From Candidatus Heimdallarchaeota archaeon (GTDB lineage Archaea > Asgardarchaeota > Wukongarchaeia > Wukongarchaeales > JBHIFL01): DNA of 34,663 nucleotides. The stretch's first letter is position 1. Each line of letters starts with the position of its first letter. Below the pieces are notes generated by a model. That model saw only the letters and a program-made list of their open reading frames with translations, made no database searches and was not told the origin of the DNA. The position numbers and the translations under genes were made by a program. The DNA lies in contig JBHIFL010000048.1 in NCBI GenBank assembly GCA_046761065.1, forward strand, positions 1 to 34,663, given 5' to 3'. This document shows positions 1-9,321 of this stretch, piece after piece.

Positions 1-167
1 CATGTCATACCGCGGCTATGAGACCCTCACTCCCACAAGAAACTTTATACTCCCTGATATTTTGCTTTTTAACCCTCACTGTAGAATGATCACGATACAA
101 GGATAGATGTTAGCATTTCACTCAGACAGCCTCAAATATCGGGAGACTTTTTAGTTACGGGGATCTG

Positions 168-974
168 GTGATTATGGTGAGCATGTTCTCAGAATATCCA
201 CGCGCACTTACACCTGATATGCAACCCTTCGATCCTTTAGAATTAGCAAGAACAACGCAACAGTTGGTTTGTTCTGGAAATAAAAGGAAATATACCGCAA
301 TCTACGCTGTGGGTGTTTATGGAGGTATTGTGACTGCATATGCCGTAGGATGTTCTCTCCGGTGCATCTATTGCTGGGTCGGTCCAGGTCGAGAGTATCC
401 TAAGCGCTACGGGAAGTTTTACTCGCCTATTGAGATGTTTAATGCCTTCAGTAAGATAGCCAAGAAGCGTCGCCTGCGGAAAGTAAGAGTTTCCGGTTCA
501 GAGCCCACCCTCTGCAAGCTTCACTTACTTGAATTGTTGAATCTTGTAGATGGTGTGAGAGATATCGATCTGTTCATGCTTGAGACCAATGGAACCCTAT
601 TAGGAGCAGATGAAGGGTATGTGGATGCTCTCTCGCAAAATAAAAAGGTCCATGTGCGAGTTTCATTCAAGGCGGGAACTCCCGAAGGCTGGACCGGGCG
701 GTGTGGAGCCACCCCCGAGTCGTTTGAGTTGCCCTACAACGCATTGCGAATGCTAGTGGAGAAGGAGGTGAGTTGTCATGCCGCAGCCATGACAGATCCG
801 CGGATCATGCCACAAAAGGAGCGGGGTCAATTGCTTTCCAAGTTGAATGAAATCCATCCAGATTTTGCAAAAAGTTTGGAAGAGGAGAGTATTGATCCCT
901 ATGAGGCCACTTTATGTCGTCTGAAAGGGGCTGGGTACAATGTGGATCGTTGGCCGAAACTGACTAAAGAATAA
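168..974 (+). CDS. Radical SAM protein (archaeal predicted Fe-S oxidoreductase type)
   Basis: CxxxCxxC motif (GCSLRCIYCW), VSGSEP (GGEP-like) and ETNG motifs. The true start may be the ATG at 174. Confidence 0.85.
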   Translation: MIMVSMFSEYPRALTPDMQPFDPLELARTTQQLVCSGNKRKYTAIYAVGVYGGIVTAYAVGCSLRCIYCWVGPGREYPKRYGKFYSPIEMFNAFSKIAKKRRLRKVRVSGSEPTLCKLHLLELLNLVDGVRDIDLFMLETNGTLLGADEGYVDALSQNKKVHVRVSFKAGTPEGWTGRCGATPESFELPYNALRMLVEKEVSCHAAAMTDPRIMPQKERGQLLSKLNEIHPDFAKSLEEESIDPYEATLCRLKGAGYNVDRWPKLTKE

Positions 975-1269
975 TGAATGTTCCGTAGGCTATGAGAGTA
1001 GCAGCTTTTCTAGAGCAACGGATTCAGAATCCTTTAGCTAATTACTGACTATAACTCATAGCAGAAAACGAGCAATAACTCTGAGAAAAGAGAAATTGAT
1101 AATTATATGGTGATGGATCCTCACCTATCATCACCTCAAACCCTCACCTATCGAAGAGTTCTGGATATGAAGAAGGGGATATTAACTCAGCTTTTACGCT
1201 GGAAAAGTGAGAAAGGTAAGATAACTAGATTCGAAAGCTTTAGATTAGTTCATCTGTGTCATAAACATA

Positions 1270-1449
1270 CGGCACTTATCAAAGGAATCGTTGTGCCGGA
1301 GAATTATAATGGGGCCATCACGATAAAGGGAGGTCTTGATGGGTATACATTTAACCGCGAACAGCGGTAGCACGGTTTATTGGGCTCCCAAATTAGACAA
1401 GATGTTCCTCTTTGACGCTGAGAAGCGAAAAACAATTTATGAGAAATAG
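1270..1449 (+). pseudogene. Possible remnant of the C-terminal TOBE/OB domain of a MalK-type sugar ABC ATPase
   Basis: 1339..1449 reads MGIHLTANSGSTVYWAPKLDKMFLFDAEKRKTIYEK*, resembling the MalK C-terminal '...hhLFDxExxxxI' ending. The preceding segment is in another frame and no P-loop part is present. Confidence 0.3.
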
Positions 1450-1504
1450 TATAGGCATAGTAAAAGAGTCCTTAGTTTAGACTTATTTTATCAGCACATA
1501 AAAA

Positions 1505-1757
1505 ATAAAAAAAATTAAGTATCTGGCCTTATAAGGTCCATTTCGGATCCTTTTCGTCCACAATGAGAGGTCCTTCCATTGTCATCACCGAAGGAAGGGA
1601 ATCCTCCCTTCTATATAAATTTTTCGGCGCAATGGGGGCTTGAAAAACGGGTTTGAAGGAGGTCAGATCGGATTTTTAGAGGGCCGGGTCAAACACCTAG
1701 ATAGGCTCAAAAAAAATGAATTGACTCCCCTCTACCCCCATAATTCGAGCACCCTAA
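1505..1757 (-). mobile_element. IS left-end remnant with a truncated transposase N-terminus (possibly IS5-like)
   Basis: On the minus strand: TTA followed by GGGTGCTCGA at 1757-1745 (putative target site and terminal repeat), a TATA-like TTTATATA near 1619-1612, a GGTGA RBS, then MEGPLIVDEKDPKWTL*GQILNFF from 1579. From memory this resembles archaeal transposase N-termini (PL...D.KW.LL..IL). A diverged second copy of the end lies at about 4784-4943. Confidence 0.45.
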
Positions 1758-1963
1758 AGAGTTTTTGTATTTTTCAAAAACTGAAATTACTTAGGAGGCT
1801 TACAATACCACCGAGTAGTGGTCAATGAGGTCAAAAAAAAGAAAATTATACGGCCTCTTAGAGAAAATGCATATAGACCTTAATCCAGAGGTTGATCCAA
1901 ACCCCGCGGCGGTATTGGATTTCATAAGAAATGAAAATTTTGGATACAACAGGAGTCATGAAA

Positions 1964-3088
1964 ATGAAAATTGCTTATGTGTCAACCTATCTTCCCACAC
2001 AATGTGGAATAGCTACTTACACCGATTATCTTATTCATGGAATTGGAAAAGTAGATCCGGCATCAAAGATCAAAATCATTGCTGAATACGGAGCAGCACC
2101 CCTCAAGCAAGAAAACCTTGAGGTTCTCTCCTGTTGGGATAGAAACGAGAATTATATAGAACCTATAATTGAACACACAAAAGGTGCGGATGTAATCCAC
2201 ATTCAACACGAATACAGTATCTACAAATTTGATAACCATTTGCCTTCGGTGCTCCAAGGATTGGATCCAAATGCGAAGAAGGTGATAACCATCCATTGCG
2301 TCAGACCCGCTCAATTTTCCGAAAGAGGCGCTGTAGATGAGAAGTTCGCTGCAAAAATTGCTCGACTCACCGATCAGGTCATCGTACACCTTGAGTCTCA
2401 AAAAGCAATCCTAGAACGCCTTGGAATCCCACCTGAAAAGATTCACATCATTCCCCATGGAACTGAACTCAACGATGAAGATCCAAAAGTTTCGCGGAAG
2501 CAGCTCGGACTACCCGTGGACGCAAAAATACTTCTTATGTTCGGATTTGTCAAGAAGCACAAATGTCTCCATGTGGTTCTTAAGGCCCTTGTTGAAATCT
2601 TGGAAAAATTCAAAGATGTCTATCTATTTGTAGCCGGAAGTCTTGCTCCAACCGCTTCGCAGAAAGACAGGGATTATGCTGTATTTGTGGGAAAGAAGAT
2701 AAAGGAACTGGGGCTTCAGAAGAATGTTATCTACCCAAATAAATTCTTTCCAAACGAAGATGTGCCCTATCTGTTTGGGGCTTCTGATATTGTCTTGTTC
2801 CCATACTATGAGGAGGACCGGTCTGCATCCGGTTCATTTCATCTGGCTATAGGTGCAAAAAAGCCTGTTGTTGCCTCGAGGATACCCAAGTTTGAGGAGC
2901 TGAAGAACATTTGTGAAGAACTTCTTGTCCTTCCGTATAACTCTTCAGGAATCGCAAAAATAGCCATTCGTCTTTTTAAGGATCGTGAATTTTGGCAATA
3001 TGTCATCGATCGCACCGATGAGTATCGAAAGCTCACATCGTGGCGAGCAGTTGCAGGCCAACATTTGCAATTATATGAAGGGGGATAA
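1964..3088 (+). CDS. GT4 family glycosyltransferase (GT-B fold)
   Basis: MKIAYVSTYLPTQCGIATY, HIQHEY, IIPHG, FGFVKKHK, DIVLFPY and ASGS motifs. AGGAG RBS at 1951-1955 favours a start at 1958 or 1964 rather than 1931. Confidence 0.9.
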   Translation: MKIAYVSTYLPTQCGIATYTDYLIHGIGKVDPASKIKIIAEYGAAPLKQENLEVLSCWDRNENYIEPIIEHTKGADVIHIQHEYSIYKFDNHLPSVLQGLDPNAKKVITIHCVRPAQFSERGAVDEKFAAKIARLTDQVIVHLESQKAILERLGIPPEKIHIIPHGTELNDEDPKVSRKQLGLPVDAKILLMFGFVKKHKCLHVVLKALVEILEKFKDVYLFVAGSLAPTASQKDRDYAVFVGKKIKELGLQKNVIYPNKFFPNEDVPYLFGASDIVLFPYYEEDRSASGSFHLAIGAKKPVVASRIPKFEELKNICEELLVLPYNSSGIAKIAIRLFKDREFWQYVIDRTDEYRKLTSWRAVAGQHLQLYEGG

Positions 3089-3089
3089 G

Positions 3090-3569
3090 TTGAAGATAGC
3101 AATACTGTCGCGATGGAATACTGCTTGTGGTGTGTCGCTTCATGCTGAACTTATTGGCAGAGAATTTGTAAAGAATGGACATAGCTTAGCTGTCTTCGCA
3201 CCTAACAATATAAGACCTGTGGGGAAAGATGAAGATTACATAAATAGATGCTTCAGCGATGAAGGTGACCACACAGAGACGTTTTTTCATCTAGAGCCCT
3301 TTTTAGATACAGACTATGAATCCTAGTTGTGGAACGAGTGGAGTGGGTGCCGTTAGAACCACTGAAAAAAATCTTTCTGAGAGTCTGTTTGGTTTTGACA
3401 AAGATGTTATGAAGTGTTCAAACATGGATGAGCTTCGTGAGCTCTTAATCAAGGTATTTGAAGGAGAGGAGATTGTTCACGAACCTCAAAGAGTGTCGGG
3501 GAGTATACGATCAAGCACTCTCCAGAAAATATTGGAGGAGAATTTATTAAGTTGTTTGAACAGTTATAA
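3090..3569 (+). pseudogene. Second GT4 glycosyltransferase, frameshifted and internally deleted
   Basis: A TTG start right after the previous stop gives KIAILSRWNTACGVSLHAEL (GT4 N-terminus). After a frameshift near 3320 it reads ILVVERVEWVPLEPLKKIF, then jumps to C-terminal-like segments DELRELLIKVFEG and KHSPENIGGEFIKLFEQL*. Only about 160 codons remain. Confidence 0.7.
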
Positions 3570-3583
3570 AGAGAGGTGGTGGA

Positions 3584-4762
3584 GTGAACTCTACTTTGGA
3601 TCACACTCTTAACAAATTAGGAACTGGGGAAGTCATTCGAATCGAATCTGGAGAGACTATCTTTAAACTGGATTCCTTTGAGAACAATCCTATTGTGAAG
3701 CCTCAAGACCTCCGACTCACCTGGTATCAGAACGGTGCGTTGAAGATCGGCGCCGTCTTCAACGGTGGGGCCGAATTATTCCAAGGCAAGGTTATTCTAA
3801 CGCCTAGATGCCACCAAAAATATCAAAAGGGCACGTTCTTCGACGAAAAGCTAGGTATCAAACGATTTTGCTTGGAAAATTATATTTCAGAGATCTGGCC
3901 TTTGGTAAGCGAGGATGGTATCCATTTCAGGAGATTGCAAAATGTGGTAATCAGAGGCGATGGTACCGACCATCAAGACTTTATCTACGGAATAGAGGAC
4001 ATCCGGATCATTAAATACAATCAAACCTATTATCTAGTCGGATGTGGAAAGATTAAGCCTCCGTTCAAAGGTGAAAACGCCGACCGGATCGCTATCTATT
4101 CGACGGACGATTTTGTACACATCACCTACCATGGCATGGTTGAATCCTTCGATTCACGTAACGCAGTCCCCTTCTATGACCCTGTAGCCGGCAAACATCA
4201 CATATTATTGCGGTTCCATCCCAATGTGCACCTAGATTATCTCGAAAACGGAATTGATCAGTTATTAAACCCAATTGGGCACATTGAAGCTTGGCAAAAA
4301 CTCTGCGATCGACAAAACCAGAGTTTGCTCTTAGAAGCAGGACGTTTCCCACACGAGAAGGAAAAGATCGGTCCGAGCACCCAAGTCATCAAAACGGAGA
4401 GAGGTTGGCTGCTCATCTACCACGCGGTTGGGGAGATCGACCTTGCTATCGCAGAAGTGTATGGACTGAAAAAGAAGATCGAACGGGGATACTCCGTGTG
4501 CACTGCCCTGTTGGATCTAAAGGATCCAACCAAAGTGCTCTGTCGAACTCGAAACCCAATCTACATCCCTTCAAACCCGTGGGAACTGTACGGAGACGAA
4601 CAATACCCCGTTGATGTTCCAGCAGTTGTTTTTCCAGTAGGTGCCATTATTCGAAGAGATAAATTGCTCTTATACTGCGGCGCGGGTGACAAATATGTCA
4701 TTCTACTGACATGCAATCTCAACTCTCTGGTTCAATATCTGTGGACAAATTGTAGATTATAA
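3584..4762 (+). CDS. GH130 family glycoside phosphorylase/hydrolase
   Basis: NNPIVKP, AVFNGGA, GIEDIRI, KIGP, WLLIYH, ALLDLKDPTKVL, VVFPVGA and YCGAGD motifs. GAGGTG RBS before the GTG start. Confidence 0.9.
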   Translation: MNSTLDHTLNKLGTGEVIRIESGETIFKLDSFENNPIVKPQDLRLTWYQNGALKIGAVFNGGAELFQGKVILTPRCHQKYQKGTFFDEKLGIKRFCLENYISEIWPLVSEDGIHFRRLQNVVIRGDGTDHQDFIYGIEDIRIIKYNQTYYLVGCGKIKPPFKGENADRIAIYSTDDFVHITYHGMVESFDSRNAVPFYDPVAGKHHILLRFHPNVHLDYLENGIDQLLNPIGHIEAWQKLCDRQNQSLLLEAGRFPHEKEKIGPSTQVIKTERGWLLIYHAVGEIDLAIAEVYGLKKKIERGYSVCTALLDLKDPTKVLCRTRNPIYIPSNPWELYGDEQYPVDVPAVVFPVGAIIRRDKLLLYCGAGDKYVILLTCNLNSLVQYLWTNCRL

Positions 4763-4783
4763 CAAAAGGTCAGTGGCACAATC

Positions 4784-4943
4784 TTAATCCCCGTTCATAT
4801 GAGTTTTTCGTCTCGATGAGGGCGGGAAAAAAGGAACGGAGGACTACCAGAACGGATTTTTAGAGGGGAAGGGCAACAATTTCAAGAACTAAAAAAGAGT
4901 GTGAAATTACTCAATTCAACGCCTTAAATATCGAGTACCCTAA
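4784..4943 (-). repeat. Second diverged copy of the IS-end-like sequence at 1597-1757
   Basis: CAGAACGGATTTTTAGAGGG (4848-4867) matches CAGATCGGATTTTTAGAGGG (1664-1683) at 19/20. TCGAGTACCCTAA (4931-4943) matches TCGAGCACCCTAA (1745-1757) at 12/13. The spacing is colinear. Confidence 0.7.
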
Positions 4944-4968
4944 TCTATCAATTGTATTTTTCATCATA

Positions 4969-6423
4969 CTACGAGTCTAGAAGCATCTCTAGCAATTCGT
5001 TTAATCGAATTGAGGCAATTCCAGAAGATGTATCCGAACTTGCATAAGGCATGATCAACATTCCGTTATGTACTAATGCTCCACAGGTATATACAACATT
5101 CGGTACATATCCTTCTCGTTCCACTTCATTAGGTTCTAAAAGTGGTTTTTTTAAACTTCCAATGACTTTTGATGGATCATCTAAGTCTAAGAGAATTGCG
5201 CCGATTGCGTATTCTCGTACAGAACCAACGCCATGAGTTAAAAGTAACCAACCTGCCTCCGTTTCTATAGGAGACCCACAATTACCAACCTGAATAAACT
5301 CCCATTTATATCTGGGTCCATATAATTTCTTGGTCTCATTCCAAAGATAAATGTCATCTGATTGCATCAAAAAAAGGTTTTCACCATCTTGACGTGATAC
5401 CATTGTATATAATCCATTGATTTTCCGAGGAAACAGTGCCATACCTTTACCTCTTGCTGCATATCCATTTAGAGTACGCATTTTGAATGCGAGGAAATCC
5501 TTTGTCTCTAATAGCATTGGAACAATAGTATGTCCTGCAAATGAGGTGTAAGTCGCAAAATAGGTCATTTCACCATCATCATCAAATTGGACAAAACGTG
5601 CATCCTCGATCCCATTACTTCTAAGTCTAGATACAGGAAAAATCACCCGTTCTGATATGTCGGTTTTGGGTCGAAATATTAACTGATAATTGGAGTGTGC
5701 AATCCAATCAATGAGCGAGATTGTTTCATTTAATGTGTGAGAAGGGAGACGATAATTCTTAAAGTCGTTAAGTCGATTGTTTAGTTTTTCAAATGTGAAC
5801 TCATCTGGTAAATCTGCAAATATTAGATTATGAATGATATCATCAACATTTAACTCTTGTAATCGCCTCTCAAACAGTTCTTTGGGATAATAAGGGGCAA
5901 ATTCAATATTAGGCAACTCAACAAAGGGTCTTACTGGATCTAGAATTAACCTGTTCTTGCTGTCAATTATCCCACTTCGAAAAACAATAGAGGATATATG
6001 CCCCTCTCCAGTGGCCCTCAAACTAAGGATAAATCGAAGTTCCCCAGAGGATAATCCCTTCTGGTCAGGATGAGGCACAATAGAAGGATTGAACAAGGCA
6101 GCAGCTTCAATAGAGTATTCACGGGTAAAAAATGATCCTATAAGTAATTTCCTCTCCTCTGAAAGCTTAGCCTGTTTTGGGATGAAGTCTTGCGATTGGA
6201 GATAATGCTTTTTAAATACGTTCCTAACGTCGTTATGGCGATATTCAAAATCCTCTATTATAGAATATAATAAAACCCTACATTCTTCTTCAGATAAAGT
6301 CAAGATACGATTTATGATATTCTTTACTCGGGATGCCTCAGATGGTCTAAAATATCGGGCAAGAACCCGATATGGATGACGAACAAATGTCTCTCGTCTT
6401 CTTCTTATCGAATATGATTTCAT
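4969..6423 (-). CDS. GH130 family glycosidase/phosphorylase, long form (about 480 aa)
   Basis: EYSIEAAALFNPSIVPHPDQ, SLRATGEGHISS, SNGIEDARFV, KGMALFPRKING, GNCGSPIETEAGWLLLTHGVG and EREGYVPNVVYTCG motifs. Likely start is the ATG at 6423; the ORF is open to 6534. Confidence 0.9.
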   Translation of the reverse strand: MKSYSIRRRRETFVRHPYRVLARYFRPSEASRVKNIINRILTLSEEECRVLLYSIIEDFEYRHNDVRNVFKKHYLQSQDFIPKQAKLSEERKLLIGSFFTREYSIEAAALFNPSIVPHPDQKGLSSGELRFILSLRATGEGHISSIVFRSGIIDSKNRLILDPVRPFVELPNIEFAPYYPKELFERRLQELNVDDIIHNLIFADLPDEFTFEKLNNRLNDFKNYRLPSHTLNETISLIDWIAHSNYQLIFRPKTDISERVIFPVSRLRSNGIEDARFVQFDDDGEMTYFATYTSFAGHTIVPMLLETKDFLAFKMRTLNGYAARGKGMALFPRKINGLYTMVSRQDGENLFLMQSDDIYLWNETKKLYGPRYKWEFIQVGNCGSPIETEAGWLLLTHGVGSVREYAIGAILLDLDDPSKVIGSLKKPLLEPNEVEREGYVPNVVYTCGALVHNGMLIMPYASSDTSSGIASIRLNELLEMLLDS

Positions 6424-6735
6424 GGCTTTTTTCACTTGAATAGGTTTGATAGATACCCTATTATATTCAAATTTTCTTTTTAAAAATAATATGATTACTC
6501 CTTTACACATACCTCCACCGAGCGCAGACGGCACTAGACGTGCTCAAATTTTTGGGATACTGTGCAAAAAAGATCTATTATAGGAGAAGATATAATCTCA
6601 TTCCCTTAATCCAACGGATATATAAAGATCTAAGGTAAGAAAGGAGTGGTTTGATTTATTAAACAGGACTAATATTCTGATGCCATTGATTTTCGATTCA
6701 GATTTAGAATGTTAATCATCTTTTCATCCATCTTT

Positions 6736-7929
6736 CTAAGGCATAACCTTGATGTTCCTTCGTTGGTGTTCTAGATGTTGTTGAATGATATTTAGATAGC
6801 TACATCCAACTTTTTTCCATGTCATAGATCGAGTGAATCTATAAGCTTTCTTCCGCATTTCATTACGAACGGAATCAGAAGAGAATAAATCAATGATTGC
6901 TTGTGCGATTGCATTAGAATCTTTAAATGGAATCAGAATCCCTCTCCCATCAGCAAGGAATTCTTCCGCATGATAAAAAGGTGTTGAAATAACAGCATTG
7001 CCCGTTCCTAGGGCGTAACTCAATGTCCCAGAACAGATTTGATCCTTAATTATATAGGGGATAATATAAACATCTGCTGCTATTAAGAACTTCAATAATA
7101 GCTCTAGCTTTACATATTGATTATAAAATCGTACATGATTCTCTAATTTTAACTTTTTTATTTTCTTTTGGAGCTCATTTCGATATTGTTCTCCAAACAA
7201 CTTATGTATCCTGTTTGGATGGGTTTTTCCGAGAATGATATAAAGAGTGTCTTTATATTCTTTGATAATACGAGGCATAGCATCTATTACATATTCGAAA
7301 CCTTTCCATTTACTAAGTAACCCAAATGACAAAATTATTTTACGATTATCTAACTTTAACTGCTCTTTATAGAGACTATTCTCCTCAATAAACGGAACAT
7401 CATGGAAACCATGAGGAATAATAGAAATTTTTTCTTCACAAACCCCGTAAACTTCTAAAAGAAATTCCTTACCTTTATTGGTCATAACTATTAATTTATC
7501 TGACAATTTTCCTATTTCCACAAGAATCTGTTTGGCCTCTTTCTTTGGTCTTAATCGGATTGTATGGAAAGTAGTAATAATTGGGATTTGAAGATTTTTT
7601 AGTAACTCAACAATGTAGGATCCATATTTTCCTCCAAAAATGTTATATTCATGTTGTAGAATAACTATATCACAGTAAGTATTAAGAAAATCTGCGGCAC
7701 TATAATAATCAGAGAGTTCTTTGTCTCTAATTTTAAAATGAATGTGCTCAGAATAGGCGTAATCTTTACGTCCATCATCCATTGCTATTACAATAAGATT
7801 TTCAAATGGAGATAATTCTTTATTTAAAGCAGTACAAAGATCTGCAGCAAAAGTGGCAAGCCCACATAGTCTTGGTGGGTAAGTACTAATAATACCAATT
7901 GTTTTTCGATAGGGCGTAATTTGTGGCAT
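6736..7929 (-). CDS. GT4 family glycosyltransferase
   Basis: STYPPRLCGLATF, LQHEYNIFGG, TTFHT, IPHG, FGLLSKWKG, GKTHP, QICSGTLSYA and STPFYHAEE motifs. This type is commonly paired with the long GH130. Confidence 0.9.
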   Translation of the reverse strand: MPQITPYRKTIGIISTYPPRLCGLATFAADLCTALNKELSPFENLIVIAMDDGRKDYAYSEHIHFKIRDKELSDYYSAADFLNTYCDIVILQHEYNIFGGKYGSYIVELLKNLQIPIITTFHTIRLRPKKEAKQILVEIGKLSDKLIVMTNKGKEFLLEVYGVCEEKISIIPHGFHDVPFIEENSLYKEQLKLDNRKIILSFGLLSKWKGFEYVIDAMPRIIKEYKDTLYIILGKTHPNRIHKLFGEQYRNELQKKIKKLKLENHVRFYNQYVKLELLLKFLIAADVYIIPYIIKDQICSGTLSYALGTGNAVISTPFYHAEEFLADGRGILIPFKDSNAIAQAIIDLFSSDSVRNEMRKKAYRFTRSMTWKKVGCSYLNIIQQHLEHQRRNIKVMP

Positions 7930-8298
7930 TTATTATCCCTACAACCTACTTCATTCTCCATATTTTGGAAAGACAGTTTTTCAAAGAGAAAATTAAATAA
8001 AGGAATGATATAAAACTTTGTATTGCAAGTCATTCAGCATATTATCTAAACTAATTGGAGAATCATAATTTTCGAAAAAAATGTTCTGTTAAGTTTTTGT
8101 TGAAATGCCAAAGTGCCCTCCTTTTCTGTTAATCATCTCTCTCGTGTTCCTCTGTTTTTAGAATTTTGATAAAACGCGCAACGATTTGAACCAAAAGAGT
8201 TTTTGGAGAGACGAAATTTTCTTTTTGTGGAGTTCCTCCCCTAAAGATGATCACAATATGAGCACAAACAACCATCGCCTAAGTATTAGCTCTCCACT

Positions 8299-8760
8299 AT
8301 GAAACTACTACGATATAATCACAATCCTATTTTTAGACCTAATAAGAGAAACTGGTGGGAATCAAAAGCCGATTTCAACCCGGGTGCAGTTTATAAAGCT
8401 GACAGGGTTCATCTACTTCATCGTGCAATTGGAAAATATGAAAATTATGTATCTAGACTTGGACATTATATGAGTACAGATGGGTTCAATTTCCAACGTG
8501 CAACAGACGACCCTGTTTTCGTTCCTTAAGAAGAATATGAAAAGTGGGGGCGTGAAGACCCGAGAATTACTGAACTTCAAGGACAATTCTACATTACCTA
8601 TGTTGCTCTCTTAAAGCCTGTTAGGCGCGGAGGAAGCCCACCCAGCACAGCTGTAGCTTCCACAAAGGATTTTCACAGTTTCTGTAGATATGATATCCTC
8701 ACTCCACCTAGAACTAATGATAAAGATTCGGTATTTTTTCCAGAAAAAATTGAAGGCAAT
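8299..8760 (+). pseudogene. GH130 pseudogene with an in-frame stop, truncated at the C-terminus
   Basis: RYNHNPI..WES..FNPG..SRLG..STDGFNF, TAA at 8527-8529, then the same frame continues EEYEKWGREDPRITE..YITYVA..NDKDSVFFPEKIEG. Similarity stops near 8760. Confidence 0.85.
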
Positions 8761-8764
8761 CTAA

Positions 8765-9175
8765 GATCTCAGCCCTACAGAGGTAATACAACCCGCTACC
8801 ATAGGAAAATGGAGTGTCAAAGATGTGCTCAGCCACATTGCAGGGTGGGATATCTGGATGAGTACTACTATACAGACAATACTTGGAGGTAACCAACTAA
8901 ATCTCTCTGCGCCACTTGATGTTGATGTTACCAATGCAAAATTTGTAGAAGACCGAGTTCGTTGGTCAATAGATCAGATTCTTACAGAGATGGCTGATAC
9001 ACTCCAAAAGGTGCTTTATATTGTCGGGGGACTATCTGAAGAGCAAATTTTCAAACCTCAACTTTTCGAAGGTCATGACTGCTCCATATACCACTTGCTC
9101 AAGGTAGGATATGAGCATGACCGCCGCCATACAGACAAGATACTCCTCAGGCGAAAATCGCAGAAGATAGGATAA
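8765..9175 (+). pseudogene. DinB/YfiT-family protein lacking its N-terminal helix
   Basis: After a stop at 8762-8764 the frame reads DLSPTEVIQPATIGKWSVKDVLSHIAGWD...YEHDRRH (WSVKDVLxH plus HxxxH). There is no start codon upstream of the WSVKD motif. Confidence 0.7.
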
Positions 9176-9321
9176 ATTCAGGTAGATCAATTTCAAACAT
9201 GAGTATAAATTTCAGGTGATAATTTAGTTTAAATGTTGGATTTGTACGCTTTTTTATATGAAGAGAATTAAGGCATTTTACTTATTGTTTTTCTAATAAA
9301 TCGAATGTCAGGGTAGTTTTT

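Noticed and set aside
1119-1152. 11-bp direct repeat CCTCACCTATC (1119-1129 and 1142-1152)
   Set aside because: Too short, and no clear regulated gene, to call an operator.
1640-2085. ORFs 1640..1828 and 1825..2085, and the many short antisense or overlapping ORFs in the track
   Set aside because: They overlap the IS-end remnant or well-supported genes and carry no recognisable motifs.
8527-8529. Programmed stop readthrough (Sec/Pyl) in the GH130 fragment
   Set aside because: The codon is TAA and the gene is also truncated, so ordinary decay is simpler.
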